Origin: a virus | Taxonomy: Duplodnaviria > Caudoviricetes | Length of the DNA: 54,623 nucleotides | Virus record (IMG/VR): IMGVR_UViG_3300037882_002110 | Coordinates: 1-54,623 of that record | Strand: one strand, 5' to 3' | Shown: piece by piece, positions 26,205 through 36,003 of the stretch | Layout: each line of letters starts with the position of its first letter | How positions within the stretch are numbered: the stretch's first letter is position 1 | Made by a program: the position numbers and the translations under genes | Notes under the pieces: generated by a model | What the model saw: the letters and a program-made list of their open reading frames with translations, nothing else | Database searches by the model: none | What the model was told of the DNA's origin: nothing

Positions 26205-27356
26205 TCACCGTCCAGAAGAGCCCCAGCCGTTGGCCCCGCGCGTTCCAGGAACATGTTCAAATTCAGCGACCTCTTCCCATACTTCAGGGTCGAAAACGGG
26301 ATTGAACTTAAGCTGACCAATCCGGTCCCCGGGTTGGATTATGTACGTCTCTTTCGAGAAGTTGGTCAACACGACTCTAATTTCGCCTTGGTAAAAGGCA
26401 TCACACAGACCCAAGGAAGCCTGGATGCCTCTTCGGGACAGACCTGACCGACCACGCAGGTCATAGCTCCACCCTTCCCCGACTTCTACCGCGAGCCCAG
26501 TCCCAACGTTGATATGGTCTCCAGGTGCCACTTCAGCCCCTTCGACACCATAAACGTCATAAGCTCCGTCCTGTTCGTATCCTTTGGTGGGTTTAACAGC
26601 TTCCGGATGGATTTTTTTCCATCTAACAATCAGTGGTTTTAACAAGTTGCCTCCGACATTTCTAAGGTTGACGTCTGGATGGATTAGTCGAATCTGACTT
26701 AACACCTCGCGAAAGTGTTTTTCGTCAGCGTCATTCTTGGCCAAATTGGCTATTTTAGAGGACCACACCACATTGTTTTCTACGTAACCAGACTTGCTAT
26801 CTAGCCTCTCCAGATGAGCGGAACACAGATGTTTTTCACCGAACCTGAGCATCAACCCGAAGTAGTGACATCTACCGTTCTGCTCTGACCACAGTTTGTT
26901 CAGGTAATCTGGAGTCAGGTCAAATTCTAGTCCGAACTTCTTGGAATGCTTGCGCTTAGCGTACACCAAACGCCGTATCCAATGTTGAATATTTGACTTG
27001 TTTAAAGCTGCATTTGCGATATCTTTTCTAACATTCGACGAACTCAACTTTTTGCAATCCACACATACAGCGGACAGACCATCATGCCTAGCTTTGTTTT
27101 TAGAAAACGCTGCCAAAGTCAAAAACTGGCCACATGTGTTGCACCACTTAAGCTCGACTCCGTCGTCTCTGATTTGACGCGTAGGACAATTGTGTAGTTG
27201 GTATAGCTTTCGAACTTCCCTGAGGAATTCTGCATTACAGCGGGTGCACCTGACTACGGCTCTAACCCTTGGCATGGATTCGACTCGGTCAGGGTGGATG
27301 TTGAACCGCTGGAAAGTTTCTTCTTTTAAAAGCTCAACTCGCCCTTTGCCATACAC
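26205..27356 (-). CDS. dut: HNH-like endonuclease fused in frame to a trimeric dUTPase
   Basis: N-part CxxC pairs and ERLDSKSGY..NNVVW..AN.AKN; C-part all five dUTPase motifs (AYD, RSG, DAFYQGE, RIGQ, RGANGWGSSG). Confidence 0.88.
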   Translation of the reverse strand: MYGKGRVELLKEETFQRFNIHPDRVESMPRVRAVVRCTRCNAEFLREVRKLYQLHNCPTRQIRDDGVELKWCNTCGQFLTLAAFSKNKARHDGLSAVCVDCKKLSSSNVRKDIANAALNKSNIQHWIRRLVYAKRKHSKKFGLEFDLTPDYLNKLWSEQNGRCHYFGLMLRFGEKHLCSAHLERLDSKSGYVENNVVWSSKIANLAKNDADEKHFREVLSQIRLIHPDVNLRNVGGNLLKPLIVRWKKIHPEAVKPTKGYEQDGAYDVYGVEGAEVAPGDHINVGTGLAVEVGEGWSYDLRGRSGLSRRGIQASLGLCDAFYQGEIRVVLTNFSKETYIIQPGDRIGQLKFNPVFDPEVWEEVAEFEHVPGTRGANGWGSSGR

Positions 27357-27424
27357 TTTTTAACTCATCCCTCAGTCAAATGTCCGGCCATTTACCAGTT
27401 TTTCGACTCAAAACGGCACTCCCG

Positions 27425-28372
27425 CTAGTCTTCCTCCGAAGGTGTCGTGGTTTCCTTCTTGGACATTTTCTTGATGGCGCTGGCACACGAGAATTCATGT
27501 GGGCAATCGCCACACACTTCCGTTTCCGGATTGTAAACCTTCGGATTTGAGAAGCACGCCGGAGCCCCAGCCGGACGAGGGGTGGACGTGGAAGAAGCAG
27601 TCTTAGATTTCTGGGCTTCCTTCTTCAGACCGGCAGGTTCTTCATCAGCGTCATGGTCGTTATGACCTTTCACCGACCCTGTCTCAGCCTTCATCATGAG
27701 ATTGTTTTCGAAATGGTCACGGAGGGCATCCGCCATCTCCTGAACTTCTTTGACTTTGTCGTCCGAGGGGTCTGGAAAGATTTTGTCGAGGTTGTAGAGC
27801 TTGGACAGAATGGCTTCGATCCCATCTGCTGTGGGAGCAATAGCACGGGCCGACATCGACGGACGGATGTCGAAGGCCCCGCCCTTCTTTTTACGATGAA
27901 CTCGAAGGTCACGACCGAGCTTCGGGTCGAAGAAAACCCGCTCATCTTCGTCTTCCCAGCACGCCATGATGAGGTCGATGAAGGCTTTAGACCCAGACGC
28001 GATGTGGACCTGATTGGGGTCGATATTCGCCTTGGTTTTGTCAGACAAAATCAGAGCGTTGAAGTTGATCTGGGGTGCAGAAGCCATTCTGGAAGTGTCG
28101 ATGCGATGCTCGAATTCCGTGAGGACGTTGCACACGGGGCATTCCAAATCATAGATGCGCAAACATTTGCACATCTTGTTGTCTGGCATCTGATAGTGGG
28201 ACATGCCGATCTTAAACGGCATTTCCATTTGTGGGTGTTTGGGCAAAACACGGATTTTGACTTCCTCAGTCCCGTTTGGGAACTTGTAGAATTCAAGATC
28301 TCCACCACTGCGTCCAGGGGTCTTACCAGAGAGGACCTTCTTGAGGAAACTGACGCTGTTAGCATTGGCCAT
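27425..28372 (-). CDS. Single-stranded DNA-binding protein (T4 gp32-like)
   Basis: IRVLP..HY..C..CPVC, FFDPKLGRD, acidic C-terminus; replication context. Confidence 0.75.
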   Translation of the reverse strand: MANANSVSFLKKVLSGKTPGRSGGDLEFYKFPNGTEEVKIRVLPKHPQMEMPFKIGMSHYQMPDNKMCKCLRIYDLECPVCNVLTEFEHRIDTSRMASAPQINFNALILSDKTKANIDPNQVHIASGSKAFIDLIMACWEDEDERVFFDPKLGRDLRVHRKKKGGAFDIRPSMSARAIAPTADGIEAILSKLYNLDKIFPDPSDDKVKEVQEMADALRDHFENNLMMKAETGSVKGHNDHDADEEPAGLKKEAQKSKTASSTSTPRPAGAPACFSNPKVYNPETEVCGDCPHEFSCASAIKKMSKKETTTPSEED

Positions 28373-28417
28373 TGTCTAGGATGCTCCTGTTGTGACTGGT
28401 CTATGATGAGAACGGGG

Positions 28418-29038
28418 TCAGGCAGAGGGTAAATGTGATTCGAATACCGGGTGCGACCCGGGGATGTATCGATGGAGGAGTTCTTCGAAGGGCAGGAGGA
28501 TGAAGAACCCCCGGTCGGCTGCTCTCCAAAAGAGCACCGTGGAATCCTCTCCGAATTCACCATCGAAGGAAGCTTCGAAATCGGCGACTTTCATCATGGC
28601 CAGACTTGGGTATAGGTTCTTGGAGAACACTACCATGGGTTTCTTGTCTATGCCTGATTTTTTGACGTCACGTTCGGCTTGAGCGAACCAATCTAGGAAG
28701 GACTTCTCAGCGGCCTTGGTGAAGACAGACTCTAACTTCCACCCTTGCCGACACTTGCATTCGATGACCCAGGGCAGACAACCAGCCACCGTTGGGTCCT
28801 TGGGGGTGATGTCCCCCACCGGGGTCCAGCCACCGGACATCGGAGTCCGCTTAAACTCCACCCCGAACTTTTCTGTAAACAGCTTTGCGATCCTGCGCTC
28901 AAACGCACTCCCCTTGGACCTGCCATTTACCGGCTTCTTCGGAGCCTTGACTTCCTCAACCGGGAGAGGTGACTTTGATATCAATGCCCGCAATTTTTGA
29001 TTCGTATTCTTTGAGCTGCTCGACCGAGACTTGGACAT
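28418..29038 (-). CDS. Holliday junction resolvase (PD-(D/E)XK)
   Basis: SKGSAFER.IA..F.RTPMSGG..GDI..IECK. Confidence 0.85.
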   Translation of the reverse strand: MSKSRSSSSKNTNQKLRALISKSPLPVEEVKAPKKPVNGRSKGSAFERRIAKLFTEKFGVEFKRTPMSGGWTPVGDITPKDPTVAGCLPWVIECKCRQGWKLESVFTKAAEKSFLDWFAQAERDVKKSGIDKKPMVVFSKNLYPSLAMMKVADFEASFDGEFGEDSTVLFWRAADRGFFILLPFEELLHRYIPGSHPVFESHLPSA

Positions 29039-29318
29039 TCTCTACCCCTGCTTTGTGGATGGGTTCGGTATTGGTCCTAGGAATATGGCCAACATGCATG
29101 AAATTCACAGATTCCAGAGATTCGCCGGGGATTCGAAGACCGGCCAAAACAGCGATCGCTCTATTGTCGAACTTGTTTTGGGGTTCAGCCTTCAACTTGG
29201 CCACGACCTCGGCGTCATCCCGGTCCGAGTTCTCCATGATGACCTGGAGAGCCTGAACGTTTTCTTTGGCTGGAGAAAAGGTGATACCGACGACTTTGCC
29301 CGAATATAGTGTGGTCAT
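28956..29318 (-). CDS. HIRAN domain protein
   Basis: KVVGITF..L.AEPQNKFDNRAIAV..HVGHIPR. Confidence 0.8.
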   Translation of the reverse strand: MTTLYSGKVVGITFSPAKENVQALQVIMENSDRDDAEVVAKLKAEPQNKFDNRAIAVLAGLRIPGESLESVNFMHVGHIPRTNTEPIHKAGVENVQVSVEQLKEYESKIAGIDIKVTSPG

Positions 29319-29324
29319 TGTAGT

Positions 29325-30980
29325 TCACTCCAAGTAGGATACGCCGTCTCTCTTGACAGCGTGGATGAATTGATTGAATCTGGACTTAAGCTCGCTCATG
29401 TGGGTCACTACATATATACACTTCTCCTGACCATACATTTCCTCCAGAGCTTCCAAGACAGAAGACACCCCGGAAGCATCCAGCGAATCGAACACCTCGT
29501 CAAAGACTGCGAGATTGAACGACACACCAGACGAGTGTTCCATTAGCTTCTGTATGGAGAGAACGATAGCCACGTCGAACCGACGCTTCTCCCCCCCAGA
29601 CATCCCGTTGAACTCGACCTGCTCTCCCCCGTCGAAACATTGAATTTCGAGACCGGATTCTTTGGGTGACAGAGAAATCCGACAGGTCATGGATGAGAAG
29701 AAGAAACCGATAATCTGAGACAGGATTCTGTTGAGGGTCTCAAGGTGTCCCCCCAGGACTCGCGACCTGAAGACCCCAGACGGGGACAGGATGTCATACA
29801 GAGCTTGCAAAGACTCCCGCTTGGACTCCAACGATAGAAGCTGCTCTTGGACGGCATTAGCATTCGAGGCCAGCTCCATCAGCTTCTCAGACTTCCCCTG
29901 TATATCCACGGACTGGGACAAGGACGCGAGTTCAGCGGCAAGTCTGGTCAGATTGGTGTTGACCTGAGCCCTAGCTGTCTCTCGGGCGTTGCGCTCCCTC
30001 TCGTAAACCTCCAGCTTCTTGGACCTCAAGACCGCCCTATGGTTCAAGTCCTTCAAAATCTGAAGTTCTTCTGTCAGGCTAACGACAGCCGCTCTTTGGG
30101 CTTCGATGTGGCTTTGTTCAAACGGACGATTGCAGGCCATGCAGGAAGAGTTTATCAGAGACTCTTTAGCAGACTCGACCGCGCGTTCCTTCATCCTGAG
30201 TTCCACACCCAGGGCCTGGATTTTCTGGAGGGCTCTGTCGAGAGCTTCTGCCTGAGAATCCAAATTCGGGATCTCGGCAAGCTGGAATTCCTGGTCCTTG
30301 ATCTTGGATTGGATGTCCAGTTCTCTGTCCGAGGTGATGGAAGACAGGACTTCAATTTCCTTACGCAGAGTGGCGACTTCTTTGTCCAGAGCAGCGTAGG
30401 ACGCGGATTGAATCTTCAGGGACTTGTCCAGAGATTTTATCTTGGGGCCCAAGTTCTCCCGAAACGAATCCCATATGCCCATTTGAACGACTTCCTCGAA
30501 GAACACCTTTCGAGGAGTAGGGGACAACCTGGAGAAGTTGACTGGCATTCCCTGGGCTATAAGAACCGTGGAAATGAAGGTTTCGTACGAAAGTGGTATT
30601 AGCTTAGCTATCTCAGCGTCCACCATGCTCGAAAGCCTGTGAGACACATTCTCGCCATCTCGGAACAGATGAACCTGGGATTCAAATTCCCTATGCTTAA
30701 GGTACCTGTCTATCCTGAAACCATGGCCCGCGACCCGGAATTCCAAGGAGACCTTCAGGTTTCCGCCCTTCTTGTGGGTCGGGTCCCTTGGGTCTCTCGG
30801 AGTCTTCTTATAAATGGCGAACAGGATAGCTTCGACTATTGAAGACTTCCCGCTAGCATTTGACGACCCAGTATCTGTATTTAAACCAGATAATAGGGTT
30901 TGCCCAGGAAGGAACTCCAGGTCAAATTCTCTGTAAGACAGGAAATTTTCGGCAGAAATCCTGGTGAATTGTATTCTCAT
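29325..30980 (-). CDS. sbcC: Rad50/SbcC/T4 gp46-like ATPase
   Basis: ENFLSY, NASGKSS, CMAC hook, MSGGE, FDEVFDSLD, VTH. Confidence 0.92.
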   Translation of the reverse strand: MRIQFTRISAENFLSYREFDLEFLPGQTLLSGLNTDTGSSNASGKSSIVEAILFAIYKKTPRDPRDPTHKKGGNLKVSLEFRVAGHGFRIDRYLKHREFESQVHLFRDGENVSHRLSSMVDAEIAKLIPLSYETFISTVLIAQGMPVNFSRLSPTPRKVFFEEVVQMGIWDSFRENLGPKIKSLDKSLKIQSASYAALDKEVATLRKEIEVLSSITSDRELDIQSKIKDQEFQLAEIPNLDSQAEALDRALQKIQALGVELRMKERAVESAKESLINSSCMACNRPFEQSHIEAQRAAVVSLTEELQILKDLNHRAVLRSKKLEVYERERNARETARAQVNTNLTRLAAELASLSQSVDIQGKSEKLMELASNANAVQEQLLSLESKRESLQALYDILSPSGVFRSRVLGGHLETLNRILSQIIGFFFSSMTCRISLSPKESGLEIQCFDGGEQVEFNGMSGGEKRRFDVAIVLSIQKLMEHSSGVSFNLAVFDEVFDSLDASGVSSVLEALEEMYGQEKCIYVVTHMSELKSRFNQFIHAVKRDGVSYLE

Positions 30981-30986
30981 CCAGGG

Positions 30987-31406
30987 TCAGTTCCTAACGC
31001 ATACGAGAGGCGAGTCCCATACGAAATATCCGGTGGCATTCTGTCCCTGATTGAACAGAACAGCCTGACCAGACGGAGTCCTGCCCAGAATTTTGGACGC
31101 CGTATCATAAAAGTCATTCAGAGCAGCCTTCGTGACGAATTCCGCTTCGAAGACCTGACCGGTGGCAAAAGTCAGAGACAGGGTGTCCCACTCGTCCGAG
31201 ACTTCAGAAAAACCTACAGTCATGGATTTGATAGCTTTCGACGACACCCTGAAGAGATGCTTATCATCCGAGAAGTCTATATCGAAGTCTGCACCCTCGT
31301 TCGCCCAAGACTCACGGAATTTGGCTACGACATTTTCGTAGGCGGAGGCTTGAACCTTGAGTTCGTGGACAATGCCGCCTGCGTTCAGGGTTATGTAGGC
31401 TATCAT
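30987..31406 (-). CDS. Hypothetical protein
   Basis: GGAG RBS, ATGA overlap. Confidence 0.6.
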   Translation of the reverse strand: MIAYITLNAGGIVHELKVQASAYENVVAKFRESWANEGADFDIDFSDDKHLFRVSSKAIKSMTVGFSEVSDEWDTLSLTFATGQVFEAEFVTKAALNDFYDTASKILGRTPSGQAVLFNQGQNATGYFVWDSPLVCVRN

Positions 31407-31597
31407 GAGTTTTCTCCGTAGATGAACTTGTTGCACTGCGACCTAGCTTTGGCAAACGACTGCATTCGTTTGGCGTCCAATCTAGACCTCTTAAGATTTC
31501 GAACGAACACCCAAAGTCTGGTCTCAGCCACTAAGTTGAAGACCCCCCAGGCAGTCAGAACTATAGCCACCGTGACCTTGACCAAATCTGGACTCAT
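31403..31597 (-). CDS. Small membrane protein
   Basis: One TM segment; overlapping start/stop chain. Confidence 0.55.
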   Translation of the reverse strand: MSPDLVKVTVAIVLTAWGVFNLVAETRLWVFVRNLKRSRLDAKRMQSFAKARSQCNKFIYGENS

Positions 31598-31926
31598 TTG
31601 GACACCTCTTCTCTCAACCGGGCCATAGCAATCTGGAACTTGGTGAAATTGTATTGGTCCATGGTGACACCCAAAAAGGCAAAGCCGAACGCAAGAGACC
31701 TTAAAGTCTTATGGGTGACCCCCATGTGAGTAGCCAAAACCCTGAAAGTTCCGGCTGGACACTTGGTAAGCCATCTCTGAACAGCTTCTGGAGTTTGGAC
31801 TTTGACATGCCGGTCAAAAGATGCCAGAATGACCGGTCTCACATCTGGCCTGGGCTTGTTGGGACCTCTTGGATTTTTGGGGGCCGGTCTCGTCATCCGC
31901 ACTCCGTCGAAGCAGAAGTTCGCCAT
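31594..31926 (-). CDS. Hypothetical protein
   Basis: Coupled ORF chain. Confidence 0.5.
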   Translation of the reverse strand: MANFCFDGVRMTRPAPKNPRGPNKPRPDVRPVILASFDRHVKVQTPEAVQRWLTKCPAGTFRVLATHMGVTHKTLRSLAFGFAFLGVTMDQYNFTKFQIAMARLREEVSK

Positions 31927-31948
31927 GAAGAGAACGTCCCATATCCCT

Positions 31949-32251
31949 TCAAAAGGATTTGGCCACGTACGTTCGAGAACGTGTCCGAAATTTGACCTCG
32001 GTCGAGTCTTCGTTCACAGACAGAATCTCAAGGACTGGAGAAGTCCTCCACCAATCCTGAGACTGATAAGACCGAGCGAAGATAGACCCACACTTGGCCA
32101 AATGGCCAACCCTGATTTCGCCAGCGACTCCAACTATTTCGAGAGTTTCTGGGTCCAGGCATTCGAACGCGGGACCAGAATCACCTACGGACTGGTCCTC
32201 TGAATACAGGCTAAACCTGCCAGATTTCAAGACGACACTATTTCTGTCCAT
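31949..32251 (-). CDS. Hypothetical protein
   Basis: AAGGAAG RBS; DWWRTSPV.EI..KFRT. Confidence 0.65.
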   Translation of the reverse strand: MDRNSVVLKSGRFSLYSEDQSVGDSGPAFECLDPETLEIVGVAGEIRVGHLAKCGSIFARSYQSQDWWRTSPVLEILSVNEDSTEVKFRTRSRTYVAKSF

Positions 32252-32631
32252 GGCAGAGCTTCCTTTTTGGATTTATATTCCTCCATGGCCTCGTTCAACA
32301 AAGCCCGGAAGTTCCGTATCTGATCACTCATGGACTGGTCTCTAGTGGGAGACGCTAACATCTGTTCCAGGACCGTCCCAAAAGCCTGAAGGAGCATAAC
32401 CATGCCGTTCTCGACATCAGTGAAGTCCTTAACCAGACCGAGCAAGGCGACCTGAAGGTCTTTCCTGTCCTCTATGACCCTGACTGCAAAGGAATCTTTC
32501 GAAGCAGGAACCATCGTGAATGGCGAGGCCAGTCTAACGTCGCATTCTTCCACGGTGGTTTTGAGCTTTAGAGCAGAGAGCAACTTGGATTCGTCTACAT
32601 GGGATGCGTAATGCCCTAAAATATCCGCCAT
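32227..32631 (-). CDS. Hypothetical protein
   Basis: Coupled ORF chain. Confidence 0.6.
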   Translation of the reverse strand: MADILGHYASHVDESKLLSALKLKTTVEECDVRLASPFTMVPASKDSFAVRVIEDRKDLQVALLGLVKDFTDVENGMVMLLQAFGTVLEQMLASPTRDQSMSDQIRNFRALLNEAMEEYKSKKEALPWTEIVSS

Positions 32632-32632
32632 T

Positions 32633-32872
32633 TTAACGGCCCCCGCGTTCGATTGTTGTGAAGGTGCTGACTATCCATAATACCCCAGCCGAAATTACTG
32701 CACCAGACAACAACAGACACACGGATATGATAAGGAAGTCCGGATTCAAAGCCACAATTTCAGGTCTGACCATATCCGCAAAGAACATGGCCACCGGGAC
32801 CCCACCAGAGACAAGTAGCACCAGCCCCAGAGCCCCGAGACGGTTCAGGAACTTACGGTCAGAGGGTGTCAT
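32633..32872 (-). CDS. Two-TM membrane protein
   Basis: Two hydrophobic segments. Confidence 0.6.
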   Translation of the reverse strand: MTPSDRKFLNRLGALGLVLLVSGGVPVAMFFADMVRPEIVALNPDFLIISVCLLLSGAVISAGVLWIVSTFTTIERGGR

Positions 32873-33131
32873 CTTGGGGCTTCTCCGAGACGAACATGTC
32901 CAACAGGTCCCGGACGGTCAGGATATCGCCGTCCGGCATCGTAAGATGACATCCTCCCCTGGTGGAAGCGTACTCGATGTCCTCAGGGTCCTTCAGAAGC
33001 CCCAGGCACTCCATCGCGACCGCTGCAGTCGAGCTTGAATATATCACCGAAGCGTCGGGTTCCAGACTTCCGGTTTCTTCCAGGAGCAGGGCTTTGGCTA
33101 TCTGTTCCCGACTGAATTTTGACTTCGACAT
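32859..33131 (-). CDS. Hypothetical protein
   Basis: GGAG RBS before MSKSKF. Confidence 0.55.
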   Translation of the reverse strand: MSKSKFSREQIAKALLLEETGSLEPDASVIYSSSTAAVAMECLGLLKDPEDIEYASTRGGCHLTMPDGDILTVRDLLDMFVSEKPQDDTL

Positions 33132-33351
33132 TCGTGGACTCCAAAGGTGGTTTCTCTTCAACGACAACGTCCATTATCTTCTGGACGGAGTCTGGAGTCC
33201 ATAAATGCCAGCCCCTACAGCCGACACACGGCAAGGGTTTGGGTCTGCTTTTTCCTTTGCCCAGCCTGTCTGCCTCGGTGTGGGCTTCGAAGGCCGTCTT
33301 GGACTGGAACCCGTCGATGCAATGTGTAAGTCTGGTAGGAACTTCAGTCAT
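32983..33351 (-). CDS. Hypothetical protein with CxxC-GWHL motif
   Basis: ATGA coupling; long overlap with the next gene lowers confidence. Confidence 0.4.
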   Translation of the reverse strand: MTEVPTRLTHCIDGFQSKTAFEAHTEADRLGKGKSRPKPLPCVGCRGWHLWTPDSVQKIMDVVVEEKPPLESTNVEVKIQSGTDSQSPAPGRNRKSGTRRFGDIFKLDCSGRDGVPGASEGP

Positions 33352-33662
33352 TTGGAAAAGGACTCCGTCCTGACCCCCGGTTCGCATTCGACGGGGCAGG
33401 TGAATATGACGTTGACAGGTGCGTGACCCATCTCCCGTTCGATGACTTTTGAGGTCCATCTATTGGAGAATTTTTGAGCCTGAGAGCACGAATGCCAATA
33501 GGACGGTTTGACCCGGATATCCAAAGTCGAGACCCTCGGGTCGAACTTGGCCTTTCGCAAAGCATCCACCAGCATTTCGTCTCTGGCCTTTGGAGAAAAA
33601 ACGGACGAAAGACTTAGCGAACATATGTATAGGGCCACTGAAGGAGTCATTCCGCCTTCCAC
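33348..33662 (-). CDS. Hypothetical protein
   Basis: Coupled ORF chain. Confidence 0.5.
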   Translation of the reverse strand: MEGGMTPSVALYICSLSLSSVFSPKARDEMLVDALRKAKFDPRVSTLDIRVKPSYWHSCSQAQKFSNRWTSKVIEREMGHAPVNVIFTCPVECEPGVRTESFSK

Positions 33663-34006
33663 TCGACTTCGACGGCATAGTCCATGTAATCGGAGTCTCC
33701 AAGGTGAATAGTCATCTTGAGGGATTTCCCGAGACCATTTTCCACCAGCAAACGCCTGATGAAATTGCCCATGGCCTCGTCGAACATTTCTCCGTCTGGG
33801 ACTCCGGAGACTTTGAACTCATACTCGCCTTCTGCGTCGTGTCCTCGTTCGTACAAGATATCATCAGCAATCGCGCCCACCAGTGGAGCAGTGAAAATCG
33901 TGAAACTGGCTTCTTGATTGAAGTCGTTGGTCAGAACCCTGACCATGCCTTCGACGGTGTCCGTCAAATCTTCGAACTTGATGTCCAGGACTTCATTCTT
34001 TTCCAC
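33647..34006 (-). CDS. Acidic hypothetical protein
   Basis: AAGGAG RBS, GTG start. Confidence 0.7.
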   Translation of the reverse strand: MEKNEVLDIKFEDLTDTVEGMVRVLTNDFNQEASFTIFTAPLVGAIADDILYERGHDAEGEYEFKVSGVPDGEMFDEAMGNFIRRLLVENGLGKSLKMTIHLGDSDYMDYAVEVEWKAE

Positions 34007-34049
34007 GATGTCTCCTTAAAGGACTATTACACTTCTAAGATATTACGAG

Positions 34050-34268
34050 TCATTCGTCTTCTTCCTCGTCCGAATCTTCTTCGTCGTCTTCATCCTCATC
34101 ATCCCAATCGTCCGAGTCGTCATCTTCTTCTTCTTCATCCATGACTTCCAGGTCTTCATCATCCTCGTCCGAGTCCTCGTCGTCTTCGGATTCTTCCTCT
34201 TCAAGGTTAACTGCCCCAGGAACGGGCAATTCGTGTTCGAAAGGGTCAGCGGATTCGAATTTCATCAT
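34050..34268 (-). CDS. Very acidic small protein (poly-Asp/Glu)
   Basis: AAGGAG RBS; C-terminal ~50 aa almost entirely D/E. Confidence 0.7.
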   Translation of the reverse strand: MMKFESADPFEHELPVPGAVNLEEEESEDDEDSDEDDEDLEVMDEEEEDDDSDDWDDEDEDDEEDSDEEEDE

Positions 34269-34291
34269 TAGGTAGCTCCTTGGGTTTATGG

Positions 34292-34783
34292 TTAACATTC
34301 TTTCGGTTTGACTCGTCCTACGACATAATCTGGTCTTCTCTGGTCCGGCTGAACACAGACAGCCAGAATCTTCCACCCCACTTCTAGCTCTTTTGCAAGC
34401 TCCATGGTGCAGAAGTCTTCCAGAACCTTGACTTCATCTATCAACATAAGCCCAAATCCACCCACGTGGACATGGACCTTCTCGTTCAGACTTGCTTTGG
34501 TGTCCGACGTTAACCGCTCAAGCTTGTCGTGGATTAACATCAGGTGGGACGCCAAATTGCCCTCTACCGCATCCCATACCTTTAGAACCTTGACCGGCCC
34601 TATCATCCTCACGACATCTTCAAGGACTCCGACAATCGGACTAAATCCAAAGGTATTTGAGTCCGGGTCGATGTTGACCATCAGTTTGAACTCTCGAAGC
34701 TTGTCTGGGTCGCTTTCCAGCGTCCTTTTGGCTTCCCAATCAAGCTCGAACGTAACCATGGTTCCAGGGGTTTTTCTAGTCAT
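34292..34783 (-). CDS. Hypothetical protein
   Basis: GWKILAVCVQPDQRRPDYVVGR C-terminus; coupled. Confidence 0.7.
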   Translation of the reverse strand: MTRKTPGTMVTFELDWEAKRTLESDPDKLREFKLMVNIDPDSNTFGFSPIVGVLEDVVRMIGPVKVLKVWDAVEGNLASHLMLIHDKLERLTSDTKASLNEKVHVHVGGFGLMLIDEVKVLEDFCTMELAKELEVGWKILAVCVQPDQRRPDYVVGRVKPKEC

Positions 34784-35052
34784 AGGGTGCCGTTCTCGAT
34801 TTCCAGGTTCCTAACGTCCGTCAAAGCCTCATCTGCCATTGCTTCTATGGACACATAGCGGTTGTCGATGTCGTCCAGAGGAATGTCCACAATCTCTGAC
34901 AAAACCTTCTTGAGTATCCGGACTTTTTCCTGTTCCACTTCGAACAGTCTTTCAAGGCGCTCCACCCTTGAACAGGACCATTCTTCTTCTGGGGTCGGAA
35001 TTTTGTAGCCAGCCATGAAAAGGGCCCGAAGCTTGGCAGAGATGGCCATCAT
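34780..35052 (-). CDS. Hypothetical coiled-coil protein
   Basis: ATGA overlaps at both ends. Confidence 0.55.
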   Translation of the reverse strand: MMAISAKLRALFMAGYKIPTPEEEWSCSRVERLERLFEVEQEKVRILKKVLSEIVDIPLDDIDNRYVSIEAMADEALTDVRNLEIENGTL

Positions 35053-35324
35053 TTGGACACCTTCACGACATCGAACAGCGTGTCCGACTTGCTTTCGCCT
35101 TTCAGGGTCATATACATGCACGACCGGAAGCCCGGAATGAAATCACACCTGACTTCCAAGATTCCTGGGACATGAAGTTTCGAGCTTACGATCCTACCCG
35201 AGATTCCATTCCTCAGAGTCACGACCTTTGGATATTCCAACACGTGAGCCTGTCCATCCGGGGTCAGGATAGACACCGGAGGGAGATTCTGAAGTTCGAC
35301 TTTTGGTTTGAATGGCCACATCAC
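35049..35324 (-). CDS. Hypothetical protein
   Basis: Coupled ORF chain. Confidence 0.5.
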   Translation of the reverse strand: MMWPFKPKVELQNLPPVSILTPDGQAHVLEYPKVVTLRNGISGRIVSSKLHVPGILEVRCDFIPGFRSCMYMTLKGESKSDTLFDVVKVSK

Positions 35325-35587
35325 TTGTAGCCCATCAGCTTGAGCTTTCTATCCACAAGACCCTCGACGTACTGAGGAAAGATATCGGTCGCGATTTTGA
35401 TGAAAGCCTGAGTGGCTTCGTCCGTCGACGAAAACCCATTGAACTGAATGGTGCCCTCTGGGGTCAGCTCAATCCACAGGTCTCCATCTGCCCCTTTCGG
35501 AAAGAACTTGAGCCCATATGGCATCTTCAAAAATGTCATGGGCTGGTCCTGATAGACGGGACCATCAATTTGACCGACAACGTCCAC
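35321..35587 (-). CDS. Hypothetical protein
   Basis: Coupled ORF chain. Confidence 0.55.
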   Translation of the reverse strand: MDVVGQIDGPVYQDQPMTFLKMPYGLKFFPKGADGDLWIELTPEGTIQFNGFSSTDEATQAFIKIATDIFPQYVEGLVDRKLKLMGYK

Positions 35588-35628
35588 TTACGCACCTGCC
35601 TTCCCTGAAACAGTCGTCAAAAGCGCAG

Positions 35629-36003
35629 TCAAACTCCTGGAGCCGCAATAGGTTCTGGACCTTGGTCTTTATGGATTTGAGCGCTCTTTGAACCCACTTG
35701 ATTAGGTGCCACGCTTTCTTCTGCAGCTTTACGCATCGCCCTCTGTTCAAGCCACAACTCCCTTCTACAGTCTGCTTCATACCTGTTGAGACCAACCATA
35801 ATCTCCAGGTTCTCCAGGTCCAGCTTCCGATAAACCCTGTCGTCGTCGCGGTTAGACCTGTGAAAGTCCATCTCCTCCTGACGCTGAGATATGAACTTGT
35901 CATGGTTCGACTTCATTCTGAAAGCCTGAGCCCAGAACGCTGCTGCAGACACTGCCTGACCGATAGCCAAAACCCAAACCGCCAAAGTCAAATTATCACT
36001 CAT
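35629..36003 (-). CDS. Hypothetical protein with N-terminal TM segment
   Basis: AAGGAG RBS. Confidence 0.55.
   Translation of the reverse strand: MSDNLTLAVWVLAIGQAVSAAAFWAQAFRMKSNHDKFISQRQEEMDFHRSNRDDDRVYRKLDLENLEIMVGLNRYEADCRRELWLEQRAMRKAAEESVAPNQVGSKSAQIHKDQGPEPIAAPGV

Noticed and set aside
26650-27420. Group I intron or intein carrying the HNH domain
   Set aside because: No upstream dUTPase exon, no recognisable intron core and no intein C/HN termini seen
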